A stretch of 32,000 bases of DNA from Promethearchaeum syntrophicum (GCF_008000775.2 NZ_CP042905.2:3330001-3362000), one strand, 5' to 3'; shown: positions 8,679-17,793, counted from the first letter of the stretch. Notes: generated from the sequence alone by a model not told the origin. Translations and numbers: made by a program.

Positions 8679-10652
8679 ATGTCAGAAAAGAAAACTAAGA
8701 AAGAAAAAATTATTGGAATTGATTTAGGGACAAGCAATTCAGCCGCAGCTATAATGATCGGTGGTAAACCTGAAATTATCCCAGCAGCCGAAGGTGTTTC
8801 AGTGGGTGGAAAAGCATTTCCAAGTTATGTTGCATTCCTAAAGGACGGAACACGTTTAGTCGGGGAACCTGCTCGCAGACAAGCTGTCTCCAATCCAGAA
8901 CACACAATCCGAAAAATCAAGCGTAAGATGGGAACTAATCATAAAATCACAATTGAAAAGAAAACTTATACGCCTGAGGAAATTTCCGCTATGATCTTAC
9001 AGAAAATTAAAAAAGATAGTGAGGATTACATCGGTGAAGAAATACAAAAAGCAGTAATTACAGTTCCTGCCTATTTCAATGATGCTCAAAGAACAGCAAC
9101 TAAAGATGCTGGAAGAATTGCAGGTCTAGATGTAGTTAGGATAATAAATGAACCTACTGCCGCATGTCTTGCATATGGATTGGATAAATCCGATGAAAAA
9201 AGCGCAAAAATCGCAGTTTTAGATTTAGGTGGAGGAACATTTGATGTGACAATCATGGATATGGGAGAAGGTGTCTTTGAAGTACTTTCTACACATGGTG
9301 ATACTGCATTAGGTGGTTCAGATATGGATGAAGCAATTAAAGAGTGGATAGTTAAAGAATTCAAACGTAAAACAGATGTAGATTTAACTAATGATCCACA
9401 GCCAATGATGAGAATCATTGAAGCTGCAGAAAAGGCCAAAATTGATTTATCATCCTCATTTTCAACAAGAATTAACCTTCCATTTATAGCAATGGGAAAG
9501 GATGGACAACCATTAAATCTTGATCTTGAATTAACTCGAGCGAAATTAGAAGACCTTATCAGTCATATTTTGGAACGGTTGTACACACCAATGGACAAAG
9601 CAATGAGAGATTCAAAAATCTCGAAGAATCAGATTAATAAAATAATCATGGTTGGGGGACCTTCCAGAATGCCTTCAGTTCAAAAAGCTTATGCAGATTT
9701 CTTCGGTCGAAAGCCTGAAAAAGGAGTTGATCCGATGGAATGTGTTGCTCAAGGTGCTTCAATTCAAGCTGCTGTTCTCAGTGGTGAAGTTGAAGATCTC
9801 CTTTTATTAGATGTCACTCCCTTATCTTTAAGCATAGAAACTCTCGGAGGAGTATCAACGCCCTTGATTGAACGAAATACAACCATCCCAGTAGAACGGG
9901 CAAAAGTATTTTCTACGGCAAGCGACAATCAACCAAGTGTAGAAATTAATGTTTTACAAGGTGAACGCCCAATGGCTCAAGATAACATTAGCTTAGGTCG
10001 ATTTCACTTAGATGGAATTCCACCTGCACCACGAGGTATGCCACAAATAGAAGTTAAATTCTCAATTGATGCTAACGGAATAGTAAACGTAACTGCGACA
10101 GATTTAGGCACTAAACGCGAACAATCCATAACCATTACGGGCCAATCCAAATTATCTGAAGAAGAAATTCAAAAGAAAATTAAAGATGCAGAACTTCATG
10201 CTGAAGAGGATAAATTAGTAAGAGAAAAGATAGAAGCAAGAAATGAACTCTCAGGAATGGCATTCCAAGCCGAAAAATTGATGAAAGATAACCCTGATAA
10301 GGTTGAAGATTTAAAAGACGACTTAATCAAAGCAATTGATGAAGCAAAAGAATTAGAGAAATCTGAAGATTTGAATCAGATCAAAGAAGCAAAGGATAAG
10401 CTAGAAAAATTATTACACAAACTTGCTGAAAAGATCTATGCTCAAGGTGGAGCTCCAGGTGGAGCACCAGGCGGTATGGGTGGTATGGGAGGAATGAGTC
10501 CAGAACAAGCGGCAGCATTTGCCCAACAAGCAGCTCAAGCTGGAAAAGGCGGAGCAGGATTTGGTAATATGGGTGGAGCTACTTATGACTCTCCTGATGA
10601 AGGCAAGAAAAAGAAAAAGAAAGTCGTAGATGTTGACTGGGAAGACGAATAA
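8679..10652 (+). CDS. dnaK: Hsp70 chaperone DnaK
   Basis: 657 aa with [27 protein letters not shown] and full-length Hsp70 collinearity. It lacks the ATPase-domain insertion of Gram-negative and eukaryotic Hsp70s ([31 protein letters not shown]), so it is the Gram-positive/archaeal type. The Gly-rich tail [17 protein letters not shown] ends in VVDVDWEDE. Confidence 0.97.
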   Translation: MSEKKTKKEKIIGIDLGTSNSAAAIMIGGKPEIIPAAEGVSVGGKAFPSYVAFLKDGTRLVGEPARRQAVSNPEHTIRKIKRKMGTNHKITIEKKTYTPEEISAMILQKIKKDSEDYIGEEIQKAVITVPAYFNDAQRTATKDAGRIAGLDVVRIINEPTAACLAYGLDKSDEKSAKIAVLDLGGGTFDVTIMDMGEGVFEVLSTHGDTALGGSDMDEAIKEWIVKEFKRKTDVDLTNDPQPMMRIIEAAEKAKIDLSSSFSTRINLPFIAMGKDGQPLNLDLELTRAKLEDLISHILERLYTPMDKAMRDSKISKNQINKIIMVGGPSRMPSVQKAYADFFGRKPEKGVDPMECVAQGASIQAAVLSGEVEDLLLLDVTPLSLSIETLGGVSTPLIERNTTIPVERAKVFSTASDNQPSVEINVLQGERPMAQDNISLGRFHLDGIPPAPRGMPQIEVKFSIDANGIVNVTATDLGTKREQSITITGQSKLSEEEIQKKIKDAELHAEEDKLVREKIEARNELSGMAFQAEKLMKDNPDKVEDLKDDLIKAIDEAKELEKSEDLNQIKEAKDKLEKLLHKLAEKIYAQGGAPGGAPGGMGGMGGMSPEQAAAFAQQAAQAGKGGAGFGNMGGATYDSPDEGKKKKKKVVDVDWEDE

Positions 10653-10698
10653 TTCTTTCCATTCAACTTTTTTCAGATTGCTCAACAATTTAAACTAT

Positions 10699-10759
10699 AA
10701 AATCAAGGATTTGGGTAAGGAAGAAGTAAATTTAATCTTTGATTTTCCCATTTTTTTTT
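10699..10759 (+). terminator. Hairpin plus T9 terminator-like element downstream of dnaK
   Basis: AAAATCAAGGAT (10699-10710) pairs with ATCTTTGATTTT (10735-10746), giving 12 bp with one G-U and a 24-nt loop. It is followed by CCCA and T9 (10751-10759). An earlier T6 lies at 10668-10673, 16 nt after the stop. Confidence 0.5.
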
Positions 10760-10850
10760 GATTCAAAAATATGCAAAATTTCAAGTAAGTTGCAGTATTT
10801 AAATAAACATCTTCAAATTATGAACAACCCATTATTAGGAATATAATATT

Positions 10851-11936
10851 ATGGCAACAAAAAATAAGCGTGACTACTATGATGTCCTCGGAACAAACAA
10901 ATCCGCTTCACAAGCAGAGATTAAAAAAGCATTCTATCGATTAGCAAAGACTCATCACCCTGATCGTGGAGGTGATGCAGAAAAATTCAAAGAAATTAAT
11001 GAAGCCTATATGGTTCTCTCAGACGCCGATAAAAGGGCAAAATATGATAGATTCGGCTTTTCCGGTATGGATATGGGAGAGGGATTCTCAGGTGGAGGAT
11101 TTTCATCATTTTCAGACATCTTTGATATGTTTTTTGGAGGAGATATTTTTGGAGGAATGGGAGGAAGTGGAAGAAACGGAAGAAGTAGAAGAAGGGTAGT
11201 TCATGGTGAGGATATTGAAGTAAGGGTTAACCTAAGTTTTAAAGAAGCAGTTTTTGGTATAAAAAAGGAGATTAGTTATTCTCGTAGTGAGCCTTGTCAT
11301 CAGTGTGATGGATTAGGTGCTCTTTCACGCAAAGATATTAAATCATGTCCGACGTGTGGAGGTTCTGGCCAAGAAACACGCACAGTTCGTTCGATTTTAG
11401 GATTGATGAGACAATCGGTTAAATGTTCACAATGCAATGGTACAGGTGAAATTATTCGAAAAGTATGCCCAGTCTGTAAGGGGAATAAAGTAGTTACAAA
11501 GAAAAATAAAACATCTGTTAATATCCCCGCAGGTGTGGATACCAACATGCACTTAAAGGTTCAAGGACATGGCCATATTCCAACCAAAGATGCAATTCCA
11601 GGAGATTTATATCTTCGAATTATGGTTAAAAAAGATAATCGATTTGAACGAGATAGGTATGATATCCATTCAGTAGTTAAAGTTAATTTTGCCCAAGTAA
11701 TTAAAGGTTGTGAAGTAAAAATTAACACGATCGATGGTCCTATCAAAATAAAAATAGCTTCCGGGACAGAACCTGAATCTCAATTACGCCTTAAAAATAA
11801 AGGTATACCCACTTTAGAATCTCGAGGACAAAGAAGGGGAGATCATTTTGTCACTGTAAAGGTTAATATTCCGAAATATTCGAGTTTAAACAAATCGCAA
11901 AAAAATCTGATAGATGACTACATTAAAATTAGTTAA
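10851..11936 (+). CDS. dnaJ: Type I Hsp40 co-chaperone DnaJ
   Basis: 361 aa. J domain with HPD (KTHHPDRGGD), a G/F-rich linker, four CxxCxGxG zinc-finger repeats (CHQCDGLG, CPTCGGSG, CSQCNGTG, CPVCKGNK) and a C-terminal substrate-binding domain. A TATA-like TATTTAAATAAA at 10796-10807 suggests its own promoter. Confidence 0.95.
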   Translation: MATKNKRDYYDVLGTNKSASQAEIKKAFYRLAKTHHPDRGGDAEKFKEINEAYMVLSDADKRAKYDRFGFSGMDMGEGFSGGGFSSFSDIFDMFFGGDIFGGMGGSGRNGRSRRRVVHGEDIEVRVNLSFKEAVFGIKKEISYSRSEPCHQCDGLGALSRKDIKSCPTCGGSGQETRTVRSILGLMRQSVKCSQCNGTGEIIRKVCPVCKGNKVVTKKNKTSVNIPAGVDTNMHLKVQGHGHIPTKDAIPGDLYLRIMVKKDNRFERDRYDIHSVVKVNFAQVIKGCEVKINTIDGPIKIKIASGTEPESQLRLKNKGIPTLESRGQRRGDHFVTVKVNIPKYSSLNKSQKNLIDDYIKIS

Positions 11937-11953
11937 TGGTGTTTTTTTTCTAA

Positions 11954-12646
11954 TTATTCTGCAAATTCGACGAAAATGGCTCCATTTATTATCTTTCTTA
12001 ATTTTATTATCAGATCTGAATTAACATTATAATAAATATGCTTTCCATTTATGGTGAGAAAGATTAATTTTCTATTCTCTAGTATCTGTAGATATTTTTG
12101 GACAGTATTATGGTGAAATTCGAGTTTTTTAGTGATTTGTGAAATTTTTAATGGATCTTTCTCAAGAATCTTCAAAATCTGATTTATTTTTTCATTTTGA
12201 AGTAAATACAAATCATATTCATGATCCATATAAGATCTTTTTTCAAAATATCCATAACTACGTTGGTGAAAACGAACTTTTTTCACAAACCCAAATTTTT
12301 CAAGCATTCCAATATGCCAATTAAACTCATTTGAACCCAAAGAAAGTTCTCTTCGAATTAATCGATTATATGAACCAGGATTTACTTGGATAAAATCTAA
12401 AATCTTTTTTCGATTTTGGTTGTGTAAAATATCTTCTTTGGTTAATGACGAGCCTTGTATGATGTATTTTTTCTGGATTAAGGATTTTACAGAAATTGCA
12501 ATAGCAGAATCAGAATATTTATAATTTAGCTTATCAAAACAATATGGTAATGCCATTTTAAGATTAAATTCATTAAAATCTCTTATATAATCTTTAAGAG
12601 TTTTATATACATTTGCTTCAATTTCTGAGAGTTGTTCAATTTTCAT
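11954..12646 (-). CDS. Tandem winged-helix (ArsR/MarR-like) transcriptional regulator
   Basis: 230 aa. Two clear wHTH units: ILDFIQVNPGSYNRLIRRELSLGSNEFNWHIGMLEKFGFVKK and ILKILEKDPLKISQITKKLEFHHNTVQKYLQILENRKLIFLTINGKHIYY. Confidence 0.65.
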   Translation of the reverse strand: MKIEQLSEIEANVYKTLKDYIRDFNEFNLKMALPYCFDKLNYKYSDSAIAISVKSLIQKKYIIQGSSLTKEDILHNQNRKKILDFIQVNPGSYNRLIRRELSLGSNEFNWHIGMLEKFGFVKKVRFHQRSYGYFEKRSYMDHEYDLYLLQNEKINQILKILEKDPLKISQITKKLEFHHNTVQKYLQILENRKLIFLTINGKHIYYNVNSDLIIKLRKIINGAIFVEFAE

Positions 12647-12681
12647 GTTATTCTTCTTTTCCGTTGTTTTTTAAGTTAATA

Positions 12682-12717
12682 TTAATTCTATTAATTCTAT
12701 TAAATCTACTAATTCTA
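12682..12717. repeat. Four tandem copies of a 9-bp unit (TTAATTCTA, TTAATTCTA, TTAAATCTA, CTAATTCTA)
   Basis: Read directly at 12682-12690, 12691-12699, 12700-12708 and 12709-12717. It is adjacent to the palindrome TTAATATTAA (12676-12685). It lies 36-71 nt upstream of the wHTH gene start (12646) and overlaps the stop codon of the 592-aa gene. Confidence 0.8.
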
Positions 12718-14493
12718 ATCCTGACTTTCGAAGTCACCATCCTCGAATTCTAAGTCATCTATATCACTACTATAATTCTCCATATAATCTAACAAAAATT
12801 GATGCCGATCTTTTGGTCCCAATGCTATCATTTCTCTAACAAAATCTTCAATTTGCAATGAATCCATTTTATATCTGGTTAAAAGAAGATGGATTTCTTT
12901 CAGATTGAGGATTTGCAAAGGTTCCTTTAGGAAATCATGAATATCAGGTGGTAAAATCTTAGTATATTCTGAAGGATTTTTTAAATCTTTACAATATTTA
13001 ACTATATTGATCAGTTTTTGCTGATCAATTGGATGGAGAACTACTTCTAGTAAATCTGGATCAAGACTTTTCAAATCCTCCTCCAGCGGGCTATATTTCT
13101 CTCGAAAAGTTCTATTTGAAAAAGTAATAAAGGAAACTAAAGCAATACAGAATAGAATCAGCCCTAATGAGATCATAATTGTAGAATTTTGAGTTATTGA
13201 TAGAAAAACACTCGTAGATGAAACATGTCTGACGGTAAAATCATAAGATGCAATATTTCCTGCAAAATCATTTAAAATAAGGGACATTTTCATATTTTTA
13301 TTTGAAAGTTGATCCCAGATTTTATCAGGAAATTCGATCACCCAATTTGTATAATTAACCTGAACAGCATAAAGAGTTATTTTTCGATTTTCATCTTGGT
13401 CTGATTCAGAAAGTTCACTGAGTTGTGAATAATACAAGTCATCTTCAATTTCCAATTCTGCTTCAGGTAAATCAACCATTAATTTCACATTTCCAATATC
13501 AGTGTCTGCAAATTGGCAATTAAAGATTGGATTCTTATCAATCTCATATTTCTGATAAATTGGGTTTTCATATGTTGAAATATCTACATCCCCAACCTGC
13601 AACCAACCCCTATTCGGTAGGTTACTTCTAAATTCTGGAGGAGTTGTATCCTTTCTTATATGCAACCATTCAATGTTTGTAGGATTTCCAGCAGAATCTA
13701 CGAGGTAAATTGGAATTACATTTGAACCTTCATTCATCTTATCCCATTCTGGGATGGTAATTTTAATCGTATCATTTTGATTAGTTGGGGGAATTTTCGA
13801 TACAATATTCGAAATACGATGTAATTGCGTATTAACTGTTAAACAAATGTCAACAACATTCTCCAGATTATCAGTTATGTTGAAATAAATATTTGGGTTG
13901 GAATTAAAATAATTATTTGACCCATCGTAAGGAATTAATTCGCTCGAGTTATCAAAATTATAGCCAAAACTGAAAATAGGTGCAGTTAGATCCAAATAAA
14001 TAGCAAATTGATATAGCGGAATACCAGATCCCCCATTTGTAATATGAAAATCGATGGTTATAGGAAAGGATTCTTCGATTTGGTTCCAAACAAATTCAAG
14101 ATCATTGATAAATGACTCCCAATCATTAGAATTTTCAGGATCAAAAGAATTTTCTATAGATATACTCGGTACTGGTGAGGATATTTTGCTCTCATACTCA
14201 TTTGTTTGTACAAGGGTGGAATTTATTATATTTAGGGATATATTAGGGAAAGTTTGAAAATGTCTATTATTATTGGGAAATGTTAATTCAAATCCATATA
14301 AATCAGAAATTTCTTCAGAATTATCCATTGGAATTAGAAAATCAGTCTTCTTGTTCGAAATTATATTTAAATCATCATTTTTATCGCTCGATTTAGAAAT
14401 TTCTTTTTCTAAATTTGCGGATGTGAAATGACATATACCATTTAATCCTATTATTCCGATTAACAGAAGAAATAATATTCGCTTTGCCCGCAT
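12715..14493 (-). CDS. Type I membrane/surface protein: signal peptide, ~430-aa extracellular region, one TM, ~130-aa acidic cytoplasmic tail; function unknown
   Basis: 592 aa. N-terminal MRAKRILFLLLIGIIGLNGICHFTSA, a TM helix IMISLGLILFCIALVSFITF, and a C-terminus ending DIDDLEFEDGDFESQD. The extracellular part is N/S/T-rich. Confidence 0.65.
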   Translation of the reverse strand: MRAKRILFLLLIGIIGLNGICHFTSANLEKEISKSSDKNDDLNIISNKKTDFLIPMDNSEEISDLYGFELTFPNNNRHFQTFPNISLNIINSTLVQTNEYESKISSPVPSISIENSFDPENSNDWESFINDLEFVWNQIEESFPITIDFHITNGGSGIPLYQFAIYLDLTAPIFSFGYNFDNSSELIPYDGSNNYFNSNPNIYFNITDNLENVVDICLTVNTQLHRISNIVSKIPPTNQNDTIKITIPEWDKMNEGSNVIPIYLVDSAGNPTNIEWLHIRKDTTPPEFRSNLPNRGWLQVGDVDISTYENPIYQKYEIDKNPIFNCQFADTDIGNVKLMVDLPEAELEIEDDLYYSQLSELSESDQDENRKITLYAVQVNYTNWVIEFPDKIWDQLSNKNMKMSLILNDFAGNIASYDFTVRHVSSTSVFLSITQNSTIMISLGLILFCIALVSFITFSNRTFREKYSPLEEDLKSLDPDLLEVVLHPIDQQKLINIVKYCKDLKNPSEYTKILPPDIHDFLKEPLQILNLKEIHLLLTRYKMDSLQIEDFVREMIALGPKDRHQFLLDYMENYSSDIDDLEFEDGDFESQD

Positions 14494-14748
14494 CTCGAAC
14501 CCCCATTTCTTGAATTCATTTTATTTAGATAGAAATACCAGTTTTTAAAAAAATTCTCTATATTCTAATAACAAGAATAGGGTAATAAATGATCATTTTT
14601 TTGATGAATCGCTTTTAACTGGTTATGAAATTTAAATCTTAAAATAATTTTGACCGAATTCTGTAAATTGACCTAATCTTTTTCTCTCTAAATCCATTGT
14701 TTGATAAATTTTTTTAGCAATTGAGAGTTAAATGAATTATTCAAGTGT

Positions 14749-14820
14749 GCGCTCGTTGTCTAATGGTTAGGATCTCAGCCTGCCACGTTGGGGGTCCGGG
14801 TTCGATTCCCGGCGAGCGCA
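14749..14820 (+). tRNA. tRNA-Gly (anticodon GCC)
   Basis: Manual cloverleaf, 72 nt, with no encoded CCA.
- Acceptor stem: GCGCTCG / CGAGCGC, discriminator A.
- D arm: GTCT-AATGGTTA-GGAT.
- Anticodon stem: TCAGC / GTTGG, with loop CTGCCAC (anticodon GCC).
- Variable loop: GGGT.
- T arm: CCGGG-TTCGATT-CCCGG.
It stands out as a G+C-rich island in AT-rich intergenic DNA. Confidence 0.9.
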
Positions 14821-14875
14821 TTTATTTAATTCTGGTAAATTTTTCCAACATTTTCTGAATTTAGGGTGCATTTTT

Positions 14876-15622
14876 ATGATATACGTTTCCCATCGTGGTT
14901 TTCGGGTTGGAGTGGTTGAAAATACCTTACAAGCATTTCAGCGTTCAATCGAATTAAAAATGGATTACATTGAATTAGATGTGCAGCTCTCTTGTGATGG
15001 TTATCTTTTCGTTCTCCACGATAACAAATTAGAGCGGATCTTCCAAAATTCAGATTTTATTGCAAATTTATCAAGCAAAGACTTAAAATTGCTCAGATCT
15101 GAAGAATTCGATCAAGGAATTCCTGAATTAAAGGAAGTTATTGAATATGCATTGTCTAATAAAAATATATCTAGCAAATTAATGATTGAATTAAAGGGTT
15201 TAGGGACTGCTAAACCAACATGCAAATTGATTGAAGAATACAATATCGAAAATCGGGTCGTTTTTAGTGGAAGAAACTTGACTGAATTAAAATTAGCACA
15301 TGAAAAATTACCACAGGTTCCCATTTGTCTTAATATTACAAAATGCAAGGAATTTACGCTAAAGCATTTACTAGAAACGCCATCAAAAATGACTCTACCT
15401 TTACCTTTTTCTATGATTTCCCTTAAATCAAACTTGATAAACGGAAAGAAATTTCCGGACAAATGCCATGAATTTGGAATCAAAGCGTTATCTTGGGGTT
15501 TTTATGATAAACCTAATCCATTAACTTTGATAAAATCACTGATTTCATTAGGGATTGATGGAATTTTGTTTGATGATCCAGAAAATGTTCCAATAATCAG
15601 GAACTGGGGAAAAAATCAATAA
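14876..15622 (+). CDS. Glycerophosphodiester phosphodiesterase (GDPD family)
   Basis: 248 aa. SHRGFRVGVVENTLQAFQRSIELKMDYIELDVQLSCDGYLFVLHDNKLER matches the GDPD signature HRG..ENT..AF...iE.Dv..t.Dg..vv.HD. An SD-like AGGGTG lies upstream. Confidence 0.8.
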   Translation: MIYVSHRGFRVGVVENTLQAFQRSIELKMDYIELDVQLSCDGYLFVLHDNKLERIFQNSDFIANLSSKDLKLLRSEEFDQGIPELKEVIEYALSNKNISSKLMIELKGLGTAKPTCKLIEEYNIENRVVFSGRNLTELKLAHEKLPQVPICLNITKCKEFTLKHLLETPSKMTLPLPFSMISLKSNLINGKKFPDKCHEFGIKALSWGFYDKPNPLTLIKSLISLGIDGILFDDPENVPIIRNWGKNQ

Positions 15623-15651
15623 TTCAATTATTTGAAATAAAGGTAAAAAAA

Positions 15652-16317
15652 TTAATCTTCTTGATGTAAACCTTCCGATTTGAAGATATGCTCAATAGAT
15701 TTCATCCGATTATTTAATCTATCTTGAATAAGTTCAATGAAAAACTCCATTTCTTGATTTTTTGCATCTCCAATCCTTTTACTCACATCATAATGGAGTT
15801 TGGAGTAATCATCAAGCCTTTTATCCATATATTTATTCAAAATTTCACCCATTGAACCTTCTTTACCAATAAAACCTCTTAATAAGCCCATTAAACCCAA
15901 TCGGTCCATAGTATCAGCGTCAAACACGATCATCTCTTCTGCGCTTTCAGGTGGTATCATACTGGTTGGTGTATGGCGAATAACTACTCTACAAATTTTT
16001 TCCGTCAATTTGGAATTAATTTTTAGACCATCCAAGAATTCTTCTGCAAGAGAACCTCCGAATAACCCATGGATATGGGAAAAAACGGAGTTAGTTTTTC
16101 CTATATCATGAAGTAAAGCTCCAGCACATACAACAAATGGGTCAACAGATTCTTTTATATCCTTACCAATTTGGATCGCGTATCTTAACACGGATAAAAC
16201 ATGGGCAAAATCATGACTGCTACTTTCAGCGTGTGCTTGTTTTATAAATTCTTGTAATTTAAGTAAAATCTCGATTTCTTTCTTAGTTAACTTACGTGAG
16301 AATACCATGTAATTCAC
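15652..16317 (-). CDS. HD-domain metal-dependent phosphohydrolase
   Basis: 221 aa. HDFAHV followed by ALLHDIGK (H..HD motif set), plus downstream D residues (FDADTMDRLG). The substrate cannot be determined from sequence. Confidence 0.7.
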   Translation of the reverse strand: MNYMVFSRKLTKKEIEILLKLQEFIKQAHAESSSHDFAHVLSVLRYAIQIGKDIKESVDPFVVCAGALLHDIGKTNSVFSHIHGLFGGSLAEEFLDGLKINSKLTEKICRVVIRHTPTSMIPPESAEEMIVFDADTMDRLGLMGLLRGFIGKEGSMGEILNKYMDKRLDDYSKLHYDVSKRIGDAKNQEMEFFIELIQDRLNNRMKSIEHIFKSEGLHQED

Positions 16318-16560
16318 TTCCTTGTTTTACTATTTAAAAATCACCTATTTTTTTTTCTTTTTTACAAAAAGGTAAATTTCTAAATTCTATAATATAAGGT
16401 TAACATCTTCGCGGCTAAAAATATCTTCAATGATTGATTCAGCAAAATGAAGTAAAATTTTTAAAAATCAGCATGAAATGATTATTGGTTGTTATTTTTT
16501 AGAAATGCTTATTTCTCTTATTACACAATCTTTAAAAGTTCAAACAACATCTAGGTCTTT

Positions 16561-17793
16561 ATGTTGAGTAGTTCTGTGATGTCCTTAAGTAAAGAGGACC
16601 TTCTAAATCGTGCTAAAAAACATTATTTTTCCTTAGGAGTGGATGATGGCGCGGCGAGATTATGTAAGGCAAATTTTCATTATGGATTAGCAAAATTACA
16701 TTACGCTCAAGAAAAACTTGGGATGGTGCCAAATGCTACTTTTATTTCAACCCCCGATGAAACAATTTCACGAAATGTGAGAAGATGGAATTCTGGATAC
16801 GGATACGGGGGAAAATTGATCACAGGTAATCCGAAAGATCCGCTAATATTTATTGATGTTAAACCAAATGCTTGCGGTATGATGGTTGGGGGGATAAATA
16901 AATTACCCCATCCAGATGAAACCATTAAAAAAATCAATGAAATAATTAAAATCGATTACTTTATAGACGATATTAAACTTAAATGGGATTATAAGAAAAG
17001 CAACCACTTCATAGATATTTTCGAAATGAGAGAAGATGAAGAATATAGTCCAAGTCGGAAATTAAAATCGAAATATAAATTCATTATACATGGCTCCGTT
17101 CCAGAATTACGAGATGCAACAGATAAGGGTCCCGGATTATATTATGATACATCAAAAGAATTGAGGGAGATGTGTAAAAAAGTGGTAACTCCATTTGGAG
17201 ATGTCTACTATTTGGAAGGGACTGATGCAAAAGAATATTTACGATTTTTTAATTATGCCAAAAAAATTGCTGCAGAAAAAAGAAAAAAAGCGGGTGAATT
17301 GTTATTTGGTAAATTCTCAGAAATTTCAAATCCCATGCACCAAGGATTATTATCTTATGGAGAAGTTCTTTTAGGTGCCCAACATATCACAGAACAAAAG
17401 GATAAACTATTTCCTGTGGCGCTAAGGTCGGATCTACCGGCATATCTAATAACAGCACTACCCAATTTAACTGAAGAACAAATTGACGATCTTGGTTTTG
17501 AAAATCGCGCTAAAAAATACGGTGTTATGAATTTCTTACGAAATTTCAACGTCATTCCCCATGGTGGCGGCTATAAATTATCTCATATCAATTCGGTAAA
17601 AAAAGTATTGGAGATTGAAGGAGAACGTTTCTTCGTCTGCGAACAAGAAGCTGAAGAAGGAGTTACTATATTTTCTGATGTCAAAGATTCCCAATTTTCA
17701 TATAGGGGTAAGAAAATAATAACTCGTATATTAGATCTAAATTTAGGAACGGTAGAAGCCAAGTTATTTCCAAAAATCGTTCTGAAAATATGA
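16561..17793 (+). CDS. Divergent RtcB-superfamily (RNA 3'-phosphate ligase-like) protein
   Basis: 410 aa. Motifs are in RtcB order:
- PD..GYGYGG (aa 65-84)
- NACGMM (C105)
- SNHFIDIF (H149)
- FIIHGS (H177)
- EYLRFFNYAKKIAAEKR then NPMHQG (H260)
- IPHGGGY (H334)
- C-terminal VLKI (K409)
The H-to-H spacings of 28, 83 and 74 aa, plus 75 aa to the terminal Lys, closely track P. horikoshii RtcB (31, 95, 75, 76, numbering from memory). The first PDxH motif reads PDET, and the Cys-to-NHF segment is ~60 aa shorter. Confidence 0.55.
   Translation: MLSSSVMSLSKEDLLNRAKKHYFSLGVDDGAARLCKANFHYGLAKLHYAQEKLGMVPNATFISTPDETISRNVRRWNSGYGYGGKLITGNPKDPLIFIDVKPNACGMMVGGINKLPHPDETIKKINEIIKIDYFIDDIKLKWDYKKSNHFIDIFEMREDEEYSPSRKLKSKYKFIIHGSVPELRDATDKGPGLYYDTSKELREMCKKVVTPFGDVYYLEGTDAKEYLRFFNYAKKIAAEKRKKAGELLFGKFSEISNPMHQGLLSYGEVLLGAQHITEQKDKLFPVALRSDLPAYLITALPNLTEEQIDDLGFENRAKKYGVMNFLRNFNVIPHGGGYKLSHINSVKKVLEIEGERFFVCEQEAEEGVTIFSDVKDSQFSYRGKKIITRILDLNLGTVEAKLFPKIVLKI

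Noticed and set aside
9086-9439. A 117-aa minus-strand ORF inside dnaK. Similar antisense or alternative-frame ORFs occur at 10413-10688, 10966-11199, 11300-11548 and 11561-11746 in dnaK and dnaJ.
   Set aside because: These are shadow ORFs, favoured by the higher G+C content of dnaK and dnaJ. For example, 10966-11199 is simply the G/F-rich region read in another frame (EEWEEVEETEEVEEG). The Hsp70 and Hsp40 frames explain the sequence.
10440-10652. The DnaK C-terminal [17 protein letters not shown] repeat and acidic end looked like the eukaryotic cytosolic Hsp70 GGMP repeat plus EEVD TPR-docking motif. That would be notable in an Asgard-like archaeon with a TPR-like protein nearby.
   Set aside because: The terminal sequence is [11 protein letters not shown]. 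This fits the bacterial and archaeal DnaK ending pattern (D-V-[VI]-D-A-[DE]-[FY]-[EK], as in E. coli VVDAEFEEV), not EEVD. Gly-rich linkers are also common in prokaryotic DnaK. The rest of the protein is clearly of the Gram-positive/archaeal DnaK type.
14494-14875. tRNA-Gly as a possible integration hotspot marking a genomic island or prophage boundary.
   Set aside because: I saw no integrase, no phage-like or transposase-like genes on either side, and no direct repeat of the G+C-rich tRNA 3' half elsewhere in the window.
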